Source: Atractiella rhizophila (lineage: Eukaryota). From it: DNA of 64,000 bases. The notes below the pieces were generated by a model that was not told the origin of the DNA, searched no databases, and saw only the letters and a program-made list of their open reading frames with translations. Position 1 is the first letter of the stretch; each line of letters starts with the position of its first letter. Shown here in pieces: positions 1-12,377 of this stretch. Both the position numbers and the translations under genes were made by a program. The stretch lies in contig MU271240.1 in NCBI GenBank assembly GCA_021432655.1, positions 14,534 to 78,533 on the forward strand, given 5' to 3'.

Positions 1-985
1 CCGCGCCTTTAAGCATCTTATCCCCTGACCCGACGTGATCGCAGATGCTCTCTCTACTAGCGATTCTATTGAGCGGGAAATTTTCCTCATAAATCGCAAA
101 ATGCTCCTATAGTACAAGACAGAGCGGCAAGGAAATGAGGGAAATCGTATGCTTTATCCTCTCATACTCATTTCTCTTCTCCTGAACAGGCGTGAAATGA
201 AGCTCGAAGTTATCTCCGGAGAAATATTCGAACATTCAGCCCGTTCTTTATGCGGCCTGCGAGAAGACACTTATAACAAACTCTCACATGCGCACCCGGC
301 CTCTCCGTTACTCCCTCCGAAGCAATCTCGCACACCGTCAGTACGAAGAATCCAACGTCGTCGAGGGAAGTCAGAGCCCACCTGACTTCGCCCACCCTAT
401 GAGCGTCTACTTATTGTCTCTGCGTATCTACTCCTATAACCAACATCATCATTATTCGCTTCAGCGTAGGAGGAGATCTAGAGAAAGCTCCATCATCATC
501 GCGGTATGTGCCGCGTACACCTGCAACCTTCGCATGTTCGACATGCTCCTGTGTCGAAATAAAGAGCGGGTGTGGCATTCCCGTTCGATGAATAAAGGAC
601 AAATGGTCCGTCTCGAATTCAGACAGATGTATACCTTTACACCTGCTATTGGCGCTATCCTTCATCCTCAATATCAGCTTCACGCTTCTACAAAATGAAC
701 AGTACAGGGCTGGCATACCAGCTTTATGAGGGCCGCATCTACAGGCGCATACAATCAACGATGGCCTGAACACCTTTCAATACCTCAACCAAGGCACTGA
801 CATCGTTATAGTACACATGCACGTTCTCTACTCTCCCTCTCCACCCTTCGGGAATCTCCAGCTCGAGTGCACGGAGGAAGGGCGCGTGAAGATCTTTTGT
901 GTGGGGAAGGGTTGTCAGAGAGAGGAGGCGGCGGCGGAGAGGGGTGGCGACGAGCCCTTGACATCCGATGATGGAGAGAGGTACA
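1..985 (-). pseudogene. NmrA-like/isoflavone-reductase-like oxidoreductase, decayed copy A (3' end runs off the window)
   Basis: Translated fragments (VPLSIIGCQGLVATPL, VQAIVDCM, VYICLSEFETDHLSF, FISTQEHVEHAK) parallel the intact gene at 5794-6997. The equivalent start ATG is lost and the frames are broken. Confidence 0.75.
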
Positions 986-1184
986 TTGCATGGCTTGTTC
1001 GATAGGGAAACTGAGCGAGAGAGAGACAGGGAAGAAGTGATATCCACCTAGAATCTCATATAACTACATAACTAATTATGGCGTCTGGCGAAAATGAATT
1101 TGCTACATTATCTACAACACCACAAAGAAAGAAATTGCAATAAGAACCCTGAAGAAAACTGTGTCAACAACTTGCTCAAGTTCT

Positions 1185-1368
1185 TTAAGGTTTTAGAAGA
1201 CACAAAGACTCATCACTGGAATCTTTTCTTTCCCTCTTCCAAAGCTTCTATCATCGTCTGAACAATCTTCCTCACTTCATCCTTCCGATCACAGCCTGCG
1301 GGAAACAAAGATTCCCAACCATCCCCAACTTTGACGAGTTGGTAACGCAATCGAAGTGGAAGAGAGAT
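1185..1368 (-). pseudogene. Orphan 3' fragment of the FunK1 kinase gene
   Basis: ISLPLRLRYQLVKVGDGWESLFPAGCDRKDEVR...LEEGKKRF is nearly identical to the C-terminus of 3002-3952. It has an 11-nt deletion near 1221 and is joined to unrelated sequence above 1368. Confidence 0.85.
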
Positions 1369-1754
1369 ATGTCCCTTCCTCCGTTTGATTCGCCTCCATT
1401 TATGGCACCCCACTGGCAGTTGGCATCTGTTACATTATCATTTCCTTCGTCCTCCTTGTCATTTCCCTCCTTCGACGTTCTCATTCCAATCACGACCTCG
1501 CAGATGTGTACAAGCCCAAAGAACCGCATCGAGAAGCGAAAGGAGGCACTTGGACAAGCGGAATGATTTGGGGACGCGCTTTTCGGACAAGCGGAAGAAG
1601 CGTGCTCCTTTTGAGTGCATTAGTGGGAGCGTTAGAGGTCACGCTTCTCGTTTTGGTGTGGCGGCTTCGCGATTAGCCTTTCATCTTAACCTTGGAGCAG
1701 TGTAGAAGGGATATCAGCTCATTCGCAATCAGGATCTCTCCCCTGCATAACGGT

Positions 1755-2802
1755 CAGGATTTGGGATCAACCCGTCCCACGGTTTTCCTTTCACTTCCTC
1801 TGCATAACTTCCCATACCCTTCGTCTCCCACCCCGCGCCCTTAAGTATCTTATCCCCTGACCCGACGTGATCGCAGATGCTCTCTCTACTAGCGATTCTA
1901 TTGAGCGGGAAATTTCCTCATAAATCCCAAAATGCTCCTATAGTACAATACAGAGCGGCAAGGAAATGAGGGAAATCGTTTGCTTTATTCTCTCATACTC
2001 GTATCTCTCCTCCTGAACAGGCGTGAAATGAAGCTCGAAGCTATCTCCGGATTCGAACATTCAGCCGTTCTTTATGCAGCCTGCGAGAAGACACTTATAA
2101 CAAACTCTGACATGCGCATCCGGCCTCCCCGTTCGTTCCTCCCTCCTCCGAAGCAATCTCGCACACCGTCAGTACGAAGAATCCAACGTCGTCGAGGGAA
2201 GTCAGAGCCCAGACTTCGCCCGCCCTATGAGCGTCCACTTATTGTCTCTGCGTATCCACTCCTATAACCAACATCATCAGTATTCGCTTCAGCGTAGGAG
2301 GAGTTCTAGAGAAAGCTCCACCATCGCGGCATGTGCCGCGTACACCTGCAACTTTCGCAGGTTCGACATGCTCCTGCGTAGAAATAAAGAGCGAGTGTGG
2401 CATTCCCGTTCGATGAATAAAGGACAAACGGTCCGTCTCGAATTCATACAGATGTATACCTTTACGTCTGCTATTAGCGCTGTCCTTCATCCTCAATATC
2501 ACCTTCACGCTTCTACAAAATGAACAGTACAGGGCTGGCATACCAGCTTTTATGAGGGCCGCACCCACAGGCGCATACAATCAACGATTGCCTGAACACC
2601 TCCACCTCAACCAAGGCACTGACATATAGTACACCTGCACGATCTCTACCCTCCCCCTCCACCCTTCAGGAATCTCCGGCTCGAGTGCACGGAGGAAGGG
2701 CGCGTGAAGATCTTTAGTGCGAGGAAGGGTTGCCAGAGAGAGGAGGCGGTGGCGGAGAGGGGTGGCGACGAGCCCTTGACATCCGATGATGGAGAGAGGT
2801 AT
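1755..2802 (-). pseudogene. NmrA-like oxidoreductase, decayed copy B
   Basis: Collinear with 5794-6997. The start ATG reads ATA (IPLSIIG). The C-terminal WETKGMGSYAEEVKGKPWDG is still recognisable. Internal frameshifts are present. Confidence 0.75.
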
Positions 2803-3001
2803 GTTGCATGTCTTGTTCGATAGGGAAACTGAGCGAGAGAGAGACAGGGCAGAAGAGATATCCACCTAGAATCTCATATAACTACATTACTAATTATGGA
2901 CGTCTGGCGAAAATGAATTTGCTACATTATCTACAACACCACAAGAAAGAAATTGCAATAAAACCCTGTAGAAAACTATGTCAACAACTTGCTCAAGTTC
3001 G

Positions 3002-5479
3002 TTAAGGTTTTAGAAGACACAAAGACTCATCACTGGAACTCCCATTGAATCTTTTCTTTCCCTCTTCCAACGCTTCTATCATCGCCTGAACAATATTCCT
3101 GACTTCATCCTTCCGATCACAGCCTGCGGGAAACAAAGATTCCCAACCATCCCCAACTTTGACGAGTTGGTAACGCAATCGAAGTGGAAGAGAGATTTCC
3201 CAAAGGAGTGATACAACATGCTCCTTGTCTTTCTCCCACTTCCAACTCTCAGGATCACCGCGTATCAGCAGCTCGAGTATTTCATCATTGAACAGATTGC
3301 GCAAAACCGTCATTTCCAGTTCAGGGGGTAATCTCTCAAGAAGATTGCCTTTGGATGTGAGTGCCGCGGTCGGGTCCAACCAATGTCGAAGTGGATAGCG
3401 ATCCTTTTGCTCGATAGGTGGGACAGACAAAACTGAATTTGTTGACATGGATCCGTAAGTCCTTTGCCCAGTCGGGGTGTCAAGAATGCGGCTCCAATCC
3501 CGAAACGCGAAGGGTCCACGTTGTCCTTCAGTCTGTGGGACGTAATGACAGAAAAAGTAGACTAGGCAGTAGAAAAGAGATTCGACATCATCCATAATTT
3601 CCTGGCGGTATGAATCATTCGTCTTCATCGCCGCTTTAAGCGCGCATCGTGATAGGAATGGCAAAGTACCCTTAGAAAAGGTCCATTCAGAATCACTGAA
3701 GAGTAAGACTAGCGAGCCACTCACTGAGATAGGATGATGTTGATTTTGCCCACCATACTTCATGTTCATGTTCACAGATAGGTCAAAATCGTTCAACCAA
3801 CCGATCACAGGAATACGTCCAGCGTCCTTTCCTGGCTGAAATTCGTGAATAAAGATGTTCGCATAGGAAACATCTCGATGAACAAAATCGTGATCATTCA
3901 AGGTTGCCAATTCTATTGAAGCGTCAAGCAAGGTTCTGAAAAACATCAGCACTTACGGTTTAAGACACCTTTGAGTGTATCGAGGACATCGTCAAGAGAC
4001 TTCGCTGATGCAAGTGGGAAGCCGACCGTCGAATGAAAAATCAGGACGGGAATTCGATTCATCTTCATTACCTCAGAAGCATTTCCGCCTTTCCACAGAG
4101 CAGTCGCGGTAAGGATGTTTCTGGTGGAAAGGAGAGGTTGAGAAAGGATGACATGGGGAGCATGTTCGAGCCAAGCACAAGCTCTCGCACGATCGTCATT
4201 TACTGCCAATTTATCCGAACGCTCCCTCCGCCAAGAATTGAATAGTTCGATGTGCTGCTTCAACCTCTCCAACAGGTCCTCCGACAGCCACATATGTTTA
4301 ATGACTCCATAACGTTCCCTCCCTTCATCCAACTCGCATGCCCATACCTGCGTGCCACTCCCGGTGAGAGAGTACGATCGAAATAGTATCTCTTCCACCC
4401 AGTTTGTAAAGAACCCGTCACCGACGACATCCCACTTGTTCTCCTTCAAACGTCCACCTAGGTCCAGCATAAATTTGTGCAGAGGACGGCACGTCGAATG
4501 TTCAGGACAGAAGGAGGTGGAAGATGGTGCACTCAGGCCGGCTGCCGATGTTGTTGATGTCTTGGCTGGAGACGCGGGTTGGGATGGTGACGAACGCGAA
4601 GAGTATGCAGTGCGAGCAGGTTGCTTGGAAATAGGCTGACGGAAAGGGTCCCAGCTGAACTGCCACTCAGGTTTGTGATCGAAAATGTCGAGAAACCCGA
4701 TTTCCTCCTCACTCCCTTTCGCGAAGCCTGCGATGGTCTGTGCAACATCTTCGAAGTTCTCCTCTAGATCCTTCGCATTCGACTGAAAGCGCCCACCACG
4801 GGTACAGACGGTCCAGCAGTATTGCGTGTTAGGCCCAGACTTATCGATCAATAGACTCCAGAGAAATGTTCGTGGTCTCCCTGCGAGCATGTAGACCGCC
4901 CCTCGAGCTAGCTGAATATTCCCTCCCGCAGCGGTACTCTCCTTCCGATCCTTAAACTCGAAGACCAGCGCAATATTCGAATACGACTCTGTCGGTGGAT
5001 CGATTTTGTAATAGATTATCATTCCGCCCACCTTCACGGATTCCGTGTTCGTCGGATTATCTGACAATTGCACCCGTTTATCGACTTTGAAATATCGAGA
5101 AATTGGAGACTTGGGGAACAAATGCTGATACATCATATCCACCATATCAACATCTACTTGGTTCAGAAAAGTACGAATTACTCACTCCGTACATATGCTG
5201 CATAAAAATTTTGATCGACTCCTCATCCTTCCATTCTGTTGCATGATATCGCAGGAGCTCGAGTGGCAGCTCCACCTTGGTGATCTTTGGGCGTAAGTCT
5301 TCCAACATCACGGCGGCAGCTTGCTGCTTTGACCAATTTGCGCGCTGGTGGCGGCTCGCAACATGTTCGAACTTGGAAGTCATTTTGTTTTGCGATATAC
5401 CTAGTTGACTATTGGTCGGGAACGAGGACAAGGGGGGAGAAGGTAGAGAAGTCGATGTGTTTCCCGCAGTATTCGACAT
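3002..5479 (-). CDS. Fungal-type protein kinase (FunK1 / Pkinase_fungal family), spliced
   Basis: Motifs FVHRDVSYANIFI, GWLNDFDLS, GTLPFLS and DDVESLFY. N-terminal VFEFK/IQLARGA region and YSLTGSGTQVW. Three consecutive minus-strand ORFs (5147-5479, 3946-5145, 3002-3952). Confidence 0.88.
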
Positions 5480-5793
5480 TAAATCTTCAAATTGGTGTGC
5501 TCAACTGAATGAAAAAGGTGATATATTGATAGCGGAGGTCGAGGGTGGTTTACTTCTGGTAATCCATCAGGTAGATACATCACGTGAGAAGAAAATACAG
5601 AACTCCCTTCTGGGGTTTGTTATTAGATCGAGCCTCTAAGGTCTAACCAAGGGGATTGGAAACTCGTTATTATTTGCGGATACAGTGGATACGTGAGGTG
5701 AGCAGCGGAGCACAAATAATGACATTGTGTGTAAATCTTTCCCCTGCAATCAGTACTACTACATTGTGCATGACGGGATTCGACACCACCAGC

Positions 5794-6997
5794 TTAAAAT
5801 TTTGGATCAACCCCGTCCCAAGGCTTCCCTCTCGTTTCCTCAGCGTAATTTTCCAGACCCCTCGTTTTCCACTCGGTGCCTTTAAGCAGAATCTCGTTCT
5901 TATCCCCCAACCCAAGGTGATCGTAGATGCCTTCTCCACCAGCGATTCTAATGAGCGGCCTATTTCTTTCATGAATCCCAGAAAGCTCCTATTTCGCCAG
6001 AGTGAGTAGCAAGGACTGACCCGAGCAAATGAGGAGGGATTGTATGTTTTATCCTCTCGTACTCGTCCCTCTTCTCCTTAACAGGCGTGAATTCAAGCTC
6101 TAATTTATCTCCCGAGAAGCGTTCAAAGACCGCAGCGTATTCTTTGTACGTCCTTCGGTTACAATATCAGGTTTATCCACGTTGGAGTGAACAGACGAAC
6201 CGACACTCCGAATAGACTCTCACGTGCTCTCCCAGCCTCTCCTTCCCTCCCTCTTCCAAAGCAACCTCGCACACCCTCAGCACGAAGAATCCAACGTCAT
6301 CAAGGGACGTCAGAGCCCATCTCTCCTCGCCCGTCCCAACGAGCGACCACTTCCGCTTCTGTGTATCTACGCCTGTTACACTTCGTCAGTCGTCCATTCA
6401 GATGTGGGAGGAGGAAAGGACGAAAGGACGGACCAAACCATCTAGAGAACGCCATTTCCATGATCAACGCGATATACACCGCGTGCACCTGCAATCCGAG
6501 CTCCTTCGCATGCTGCATATGCTTCTGTTTCGAGATAAAGAGTGGGTGTGTTATCCCCGTTTGCCGAAAGAAGGACAAATGGTCCGTCCCGAACTCGGAC
6601 GGGATGTAGACTTTCACCCCTGCCTTTGCGGCTATCATCCATCCTCAATATCAGCTTCATACTTTCTCCAAAATGAAGGGTAGCCGGACAACATACCAGC
6701 TTCTACGAGGGCCGTCTTGTTCGCTTCCCAATCCCCCTTCGTACCCATACAATTAACGATCACCTCCACCCCCTTCAATCGCTCCTCCAACGCACCGACA
6801 TCCTTATAGTCCACCTGCACGATCTCTACCTTCCCCTTGCCCTCTTTTGGAATCTCTACCTCAGGGGGAAGGGAGGAAGAGCGCGTGAAGACCTTGAGAT
6901 TTTGGAGGCGAGGAAGGTTGGCGGGAGCGACGAGGAAGCGGAGGAGAGGGGTAGCGATGAGGCCGTGGGATCCGATGAGGGCGAGGGAGAGAGGCAT
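5794..6997 (-). CDS. NmrA-like / isoflavone-reductase-like NAD(P)-binding protein, apparently intact, spliced
   Basis: N-terminal LALIGSHGLIA Rossmann-like motif, LKGVEVIVNCMG, AGVKVYIPSEFGTD, FISKQKH. The last exon ends ...WKTRGLENYAEETRGKPWDGVDPKF-TAA (5794-5796). Confidence 0.85.
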
Positions 6998-7287
6998 GTT
7001 TGTTCGACTGTTGAAACTGGGGGAGAGAAAGAAATGGAGACGAGAGAGAGAAAGGGTGATATACTTGCACTCTGACCACGACGGCTTAAAATGATTTGCC
7101 GATTTGGTGGATCCACAATGTACGATGGAGAACGATGTCGAATTCGAATTGTTTCAATATACATAATTACAACAGGCGAAATTATTTTGAAAGCGCGTTG
7201 ACGCAGGACGCTGACAAGACACCAAAGAAAACGAAATCAATAAGAAACGGCGTACCTCTCGCCCAACAAAATCACCCAAAAGGAGGT

Positions 7288-9348
7288 TCACTCCACTCTC
7301 CGTCTCTTCCTCCTCCCCTCGCCGCCTCCATCTCCATCCGGTGCCATTCCAGGCTGAGAAAACACCTTAATATCCGTTCCACCTCCTCCCTCCTCCAACG
7401 CCGGATCGAGGGGCACCTCTCCCATTCCACTCTCCACACCATGACCATGACCGTGACCATCCACCCCCTCTCCTCCTCCCACTCCCACGCCGACGTCCAA
7501 CCCCATATCCAATCCCATCTCCAGCCCCTGCATCTGCATCTGCATCTCCATGTCCATCGCGCCCTCACCGCCGCTCCCTCCCTCTCCGTTCTCATCGCAG
7601 TCGCCAGGTCCGTTCGTGCTCCCGTTGAGGTTAAGAGAGGAGGAGGGATCGACGGATGAGGGTTGGAGGTGGGAGGTGGCCGATTTTTCGGCTTCCCTCC
7701 TCTCTTTGCGTTTCTTGGCTTCTGCTCTCTGTTCACCGACCGTCATTAGTGATCAGGGATGAGCTCGGTTTGGCTTGAGAGACTAAGAGAGACAAAGGAT
7801 GATGTTACGACGCTTTCCAAGGGATAAACGCGCTCACGAAAGGATGTACTTTCATCGCGCTTTAAAATATTGAATGCTCTTTCGACGCACTTATGTGCGC
7901 ATTTCGGCCTTTCCCTCAACTACAACGATGGAATTCCTCCGCACTCGAAAAACAAAGTAAATTGAAATGCAGTTCATCGCATCGTCGCACTTTTTACGCA
8001 GACGACCGTCCTCCTAAGACGAGCTCCCAGCTGCCATTCCCCAACAACAACACCATCACCAACAAACAAAAAACACAACAAAAAGATCAAAAAAAAGCAC
8101 ACACCTTATACCTCCTATGTTCGGGCCTCTTCTTCCGCGTCCGATCGCCCGCACGATTATCCAGAACCGAAATGATGAGCTGCTGCGCCTTCCAGCTCCC
8201 TTCACAGAGCCTCAAGAGGGGCCACGCGTCCTCCAACGCGCGCGTGGCCTCGCCCCGCTTCTCTTCGCTGAACCGTTTCCAGCGTATCGGCTTCTCGTCT
8301 TCTTCCATCGTCGCCTCATTGTTCGCCGCAGTCCCAACCGCACCAGCAGTGCCAGCAGCACCAGCAGCAGCAGCAGCGGCCGAAGAAGAAGAAGAAGAAG
8401 GATGAGGTGATGGGGGAGGAGGAGGGGGGAGGGTGGGGAGCAGGATGTCGCGAATGACGTCCCGCGTCGACTTCCGGATCCCATTGTACTCGTAATCGCC
8501 CACCCTCTCCCCATCCACTCCCTGCAGGACATGCTGGAGCGACAGCTTGTGTCCGTCCTTCGCCAGCCGGTAGTCTTCGCGCGTCCAGTAGAGGATGTTG
8601 GGGTATGAGGAGCGGGTGTACACTTCGCGCGCTTGCGGGGTGGGCGTGGGCGTGTGGTGCGTTGGGTGTGGGGGGGGGTGTGGTGGAGGGCGAGGGGGAG
8701 GGCGGTGGTAGGTTGGGAGTGGGAGGAGAGGGTGGGGAGGAGGAAGGGGTGGAATGTCGTGTCGAGGTCTTGGGTGTGTGGATGCGGATGCAGTGAGGAG
8801 GATGGGTGGTGTGAGGGCTGGAGGTGTTGGAGGTCGGACGAATGGCGGTGTTGCATGAGCCCTGTCACTGAGGAAGAGGAGGATGCTCCTGCATTGTGAG
8901 TGTGAGGATGAGAGTGAGGATGAGGGTGAGAGTGGGAGTGTGGGAGGGCAGCAGCAGCTGCTAAAGCGACCGCGATATCTCCTTCCTCCCCATCCCCACT
9001 CCGTTCCTCACCGATACTCCCATTCCCACCACCACTTCCCCTCAACCCACTCCCACTCCCACCTCCACCCACATTCGCATTCGCATTCCCCGCCGCCCCT
9101 TCCACGCCCAAAGACGCCGGCAGCTTCCTCCTCAGCTCCGCATTCAGCTCCTGCAACAACCCCACCTGCGTCTTCGCGCCCTCCAGCTGCGAATACAGCG
9201 ACGAGTACAGCGGGTTGAGGAGGAGCTGCTCGTGCGTCAGGAACGGGATGAGCGTGTTCCCGGGGCCCGGTTTCGACGGCGAGGGGGCGATGGACGGCGG
9301 GTGGGGGTGTTGGGGGAGCGGCAGGGCGGGGTAGCGGAAGGTGTCCAC
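7288..9348 (-). CDS. Low-complexity (His/Gly/Ser/Pro-rich) protein with a coiled coil, a globular YPNILYWTREDY...LLRLCEGSWKA domain and basic NLS-like stretches
   Basis: ORFs 8212-9348, 8087-8623 and 7288-7746. Intron 7729-8104 (AAG|GTGTGT...CTAAT...ACAG|AGA) joins HRRYK to RAEAKKRKERR in frame. One frame change falls in G-homopolymers near 8670, probably a sequencing indel. Confidence 0.7.
7800..7990 (-). ncRNA. Candidate intronic box H/ACA snoRNA
   Basis: Hairpin (CGACG...CGTCG), then AGAGCA (ANANNA, 7875-7880), a second hairpin, and ACA (7803-7805), all inside a 376-nt intron. Boxes and stems are conserved in the diverged copy at 18203-18389. Confidence 0.5.
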
Positions 9349-9945
9349 TGTGCCATGATGTGCATGTTAGTAGCTGACCAAAGAAAGACTGGAGTGGGAG
9401 TGGGAGGAGCGAGGCAGTGCCAGAGAGGAGGGGTCACGCACTGGGTACAGGGTGGCGTCGCTTCGTGCCTGGGTGAACACACGGTCGCAGGTGGAGGTCC
9501 CGGTCGTTCCAACAGGGACGTGGGTTCCATTTTGCGTCATCAGCGTGCATCAACAGTAGCAATAACTGGATTTGGTCTGTTGGTCTGAGACTAGCAGTGC
9601 TTTTAATGTGAATGGAGATGAGGTTCGTGGGTAGATCAGTAATCTCTCGCCATGGAGAAGTTGGAGCGGTGGATGCAATGGGAATTCATGTTGGTTGGAC
9701 TTGGATGATACCAAGAAACAGCGTTTTCATTCCTGCCAGTGCTTTCAAGATACTAAAGGACGAAATGAACAATGTCGACGAGGATGCAGAACGGACAGAA
9801 ACGGCGCTCCTCCTTCATTTTAGCCTTCTTCCGCACTTCGTGCTACATTGGTTACACTAAACATCAATGGCTTGATTTCGAGTGCTTCATTATTTGGAGC
9901 ACATTCCATCGAGCCGTTAACTTATTCGTAGCAGCAATATTCCAG

Positions 9946-11182
9946 ATGGACATCACATCACGACAATCTTCTGAACCTGAACCCGTTTATCTCCTCAATT
10001 CCTCAATTCCTCACCCCACTTCCCGTTCCCGCTGACGATCCAAAGACACAAACAATCTCGGTCTCATGTAAGGAGCAGTCAAACCGACAAGAATATCGAA
10101 TTAACTTATCATAACGACTTCGAGAGGTCTGGATCTGTTCCTAAAAGTATCGAGGTGCTGTTTTAGGGTCAGATAGTGGTTTGGGATGTGGTCGAGCGAT
10201 ATGTTTGTTAACCACAAGGCGACGCTAATGAGGAGAAATCTTAGACTGGAACGAACGATGCAATTGGTGGAGGATCTGATTGCTTTCCTTCCCTACACGT
10301 ACCTAGCGAGGGCCGAGTCCTCTGACGATTCAAATAGACAACGGTCAGTTGCGGCGCACAATGTCGACTGAAAAATGTTACTGCGCCGCAAGTGTCAAGA
10401 TCTGGGGTGACCTTCGCCTACTGGCGAGTATATTTGCTTAACTGTTTGCAATAGTCTTGTTCATCGTATTTGCTTTCTGCAGCCAACCGATTCCCTGATA
10501 CCACAAGAGTGGGAGTCTTCATCTCTAAACGATGCCACCAAAATCGCACGAAAATATGTCTCATTTCTGAACACATTCTTGAGCAACCGGCCTCCAACCC
10601 AAAAGAGGATAGATTCGCAGCCATCTTGAATTCAAAATCGTCAATCTTTTTCCCGTGTTTGTACAACCAGAAGTGTGCTTCGCTCTCATGAACAAAATGT
10701 TCTCCGTCACGTGGAGTGTGTGAAATACTCGAATCAAACTGGACGATCTGTTTCCTCGAGAGATCCTACGAAGAAAACGTAAGGTCCTCACGTCTCACGA
10801 ACTGGTAACAAGTTTTCAGTTCGCGAAAGGTATGGCGGCAATTGGCGCCATTTTTCTTTTGGGGATCGTTCATCGTGATTTGGACTCCTGACCAGACCAA
10901 CTGATATGTCAAGCAACAACCCCAGGTCAGTCACTTAGTTTGATCCTCTAGACTTTGGGATGGCAAATGAAGTTCGCATGGCTGAAACCACGTAGTTGTC
11001 GAGCTCCGCCTGAAAGGCCAGTTCCAATTATGATTCTATGGGCATGAACGACATCCTTCCAATTGCTCTCGATTGGCACGGACGCAACTCTCATTCTGTG
11101 ACAGACACAAGGATTTTCAGGGAGGTTTGGAACTTCTTGCGAAAATGAAGTGGGATCCTTCGGCATAGGTTGGAAAGAATGA
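9946..11182 (+). pseudogene. Decayed, internally deleted copy of the atypical kinase family (cf. 34506-36641)
   Basis: Remnants LERTMQLVEDL, RFAAILNSKSS, IGAIFLLGIVHRDL and DFGMANEV, with stops and frameshifts. The central exon region is missing. Confidence 0.75.
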
Positions 11183-12377
11183 ACCATGTAATGATGGGAT
11201 TCCCACCGCATTTGCTTATGCCGGTTTGAGCTGTCTTACTACGATATGATGGCTTCAACCATCATATGAGCGTGGAGCTTTGCTGCACAATTTTCGCAAG
11301 TCTCAGCAATTGTTCTTTGCAGAGTGCAACAAAGATGGAGGCATGTCTGCATAAAAGAATAAGATATCAGATTCATAATCCTATGGCTACAAACTCACTT
11401 GCGCTGCACTTCTGCCTCTGATTTGACGTCATAGATATCCAAAATTTTTAAGCCCTTGGGAAACCCATTTAGGTTGCTGATTTGGTAGGCGAGCTGGAAG
11501 GCCAAGTCGTCTTCCTGTCAATAATAGCATAAAGCTGCTCTCCGATGCCTTCGTAAGCGGAGCCGGGATTCTAAAACACGAAAGAAGAAGGAAGAAGGAG
11601 TGCTCTCTTCGCATCAGCGCGGTGCGGTAGTCCAAATTATTCTGGAAGAGGTGGACCATCGCACTTTAGTTTTGGATTGATAGTGGCGATTCAGGCGCCA
11701 GGGCGAATGCTAGTGAAGGAAGGAGGAAGAATTGCATGGCTCAGAGAAGAATCTATTTTTCCTCCTTTCCTTTCACTTTTATGACGCAGGGTGAAACGGA
11801 CGTTCATCAGGAGGTGGGAAGGATCACATTACCCTGCGCTACATGTGACCATGCGCCGACGCTTGAACGTTGAGATAGTTCTGCGTTGCAAGGGTGCATA
11901 GAGAACTTTGAGCTCGCCTCTAGTCGCTGGACAGAAGACGTGATACTAGTAGCAGGAGGTCCCACAGGGCGGGGGAGGAAAAGCGGTATGATAACTGACA
12001 GGGCTAGACTACTGGATGGCCGCTGCATGTAATTGGAGGCGGGAGAGCGAGAAAGACTGTCAGTTGGATAGAAGCGTAGTGAAGATAAAGATAAAAGTTC
12101 TCATGAGTGCTTAGTAGCGAAAAGGTCACCCTCTTCCCGCAACAGGCATGATGAACAAAGACAGGTGCAAAATATTGGTGGTCCAGAATTCTGGTAGGCC
12201 CTCATGGTGCCAGGGATCGATGAGGTTTATCCCACTTCCAAGGTACAAAGAACGCAATTTCGGAGAAACTTGTCATACTGGCATCGGCCGCCAGTTTCTT
12301 CAACCTCTCCACATTAGCTCCAGCTACTACTGCATCTCCAATGAACCAATGAATGAACAATTTCTCATCTTTCCGTA

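Larger units (their letters stand above)
1..3196. repeat. Diverged tandem duplication: 1-1368 vs 1833-3196 (NmrA-like copy plus FunK1 3' tail)
   Basis: ccgcgcc(t/c)ttaag at 1 and 1833, collinear up to gaagtggaagagagat ending at 1368 and 3196, with many substitutions and indels. Confidence 0.9.

Noticed and set aside
7096..9588. Numerous overlapping plus-strand ORFs
   Set aside because: Products of GC-rich low-complexity sequence antisense to the minus-strand gene.
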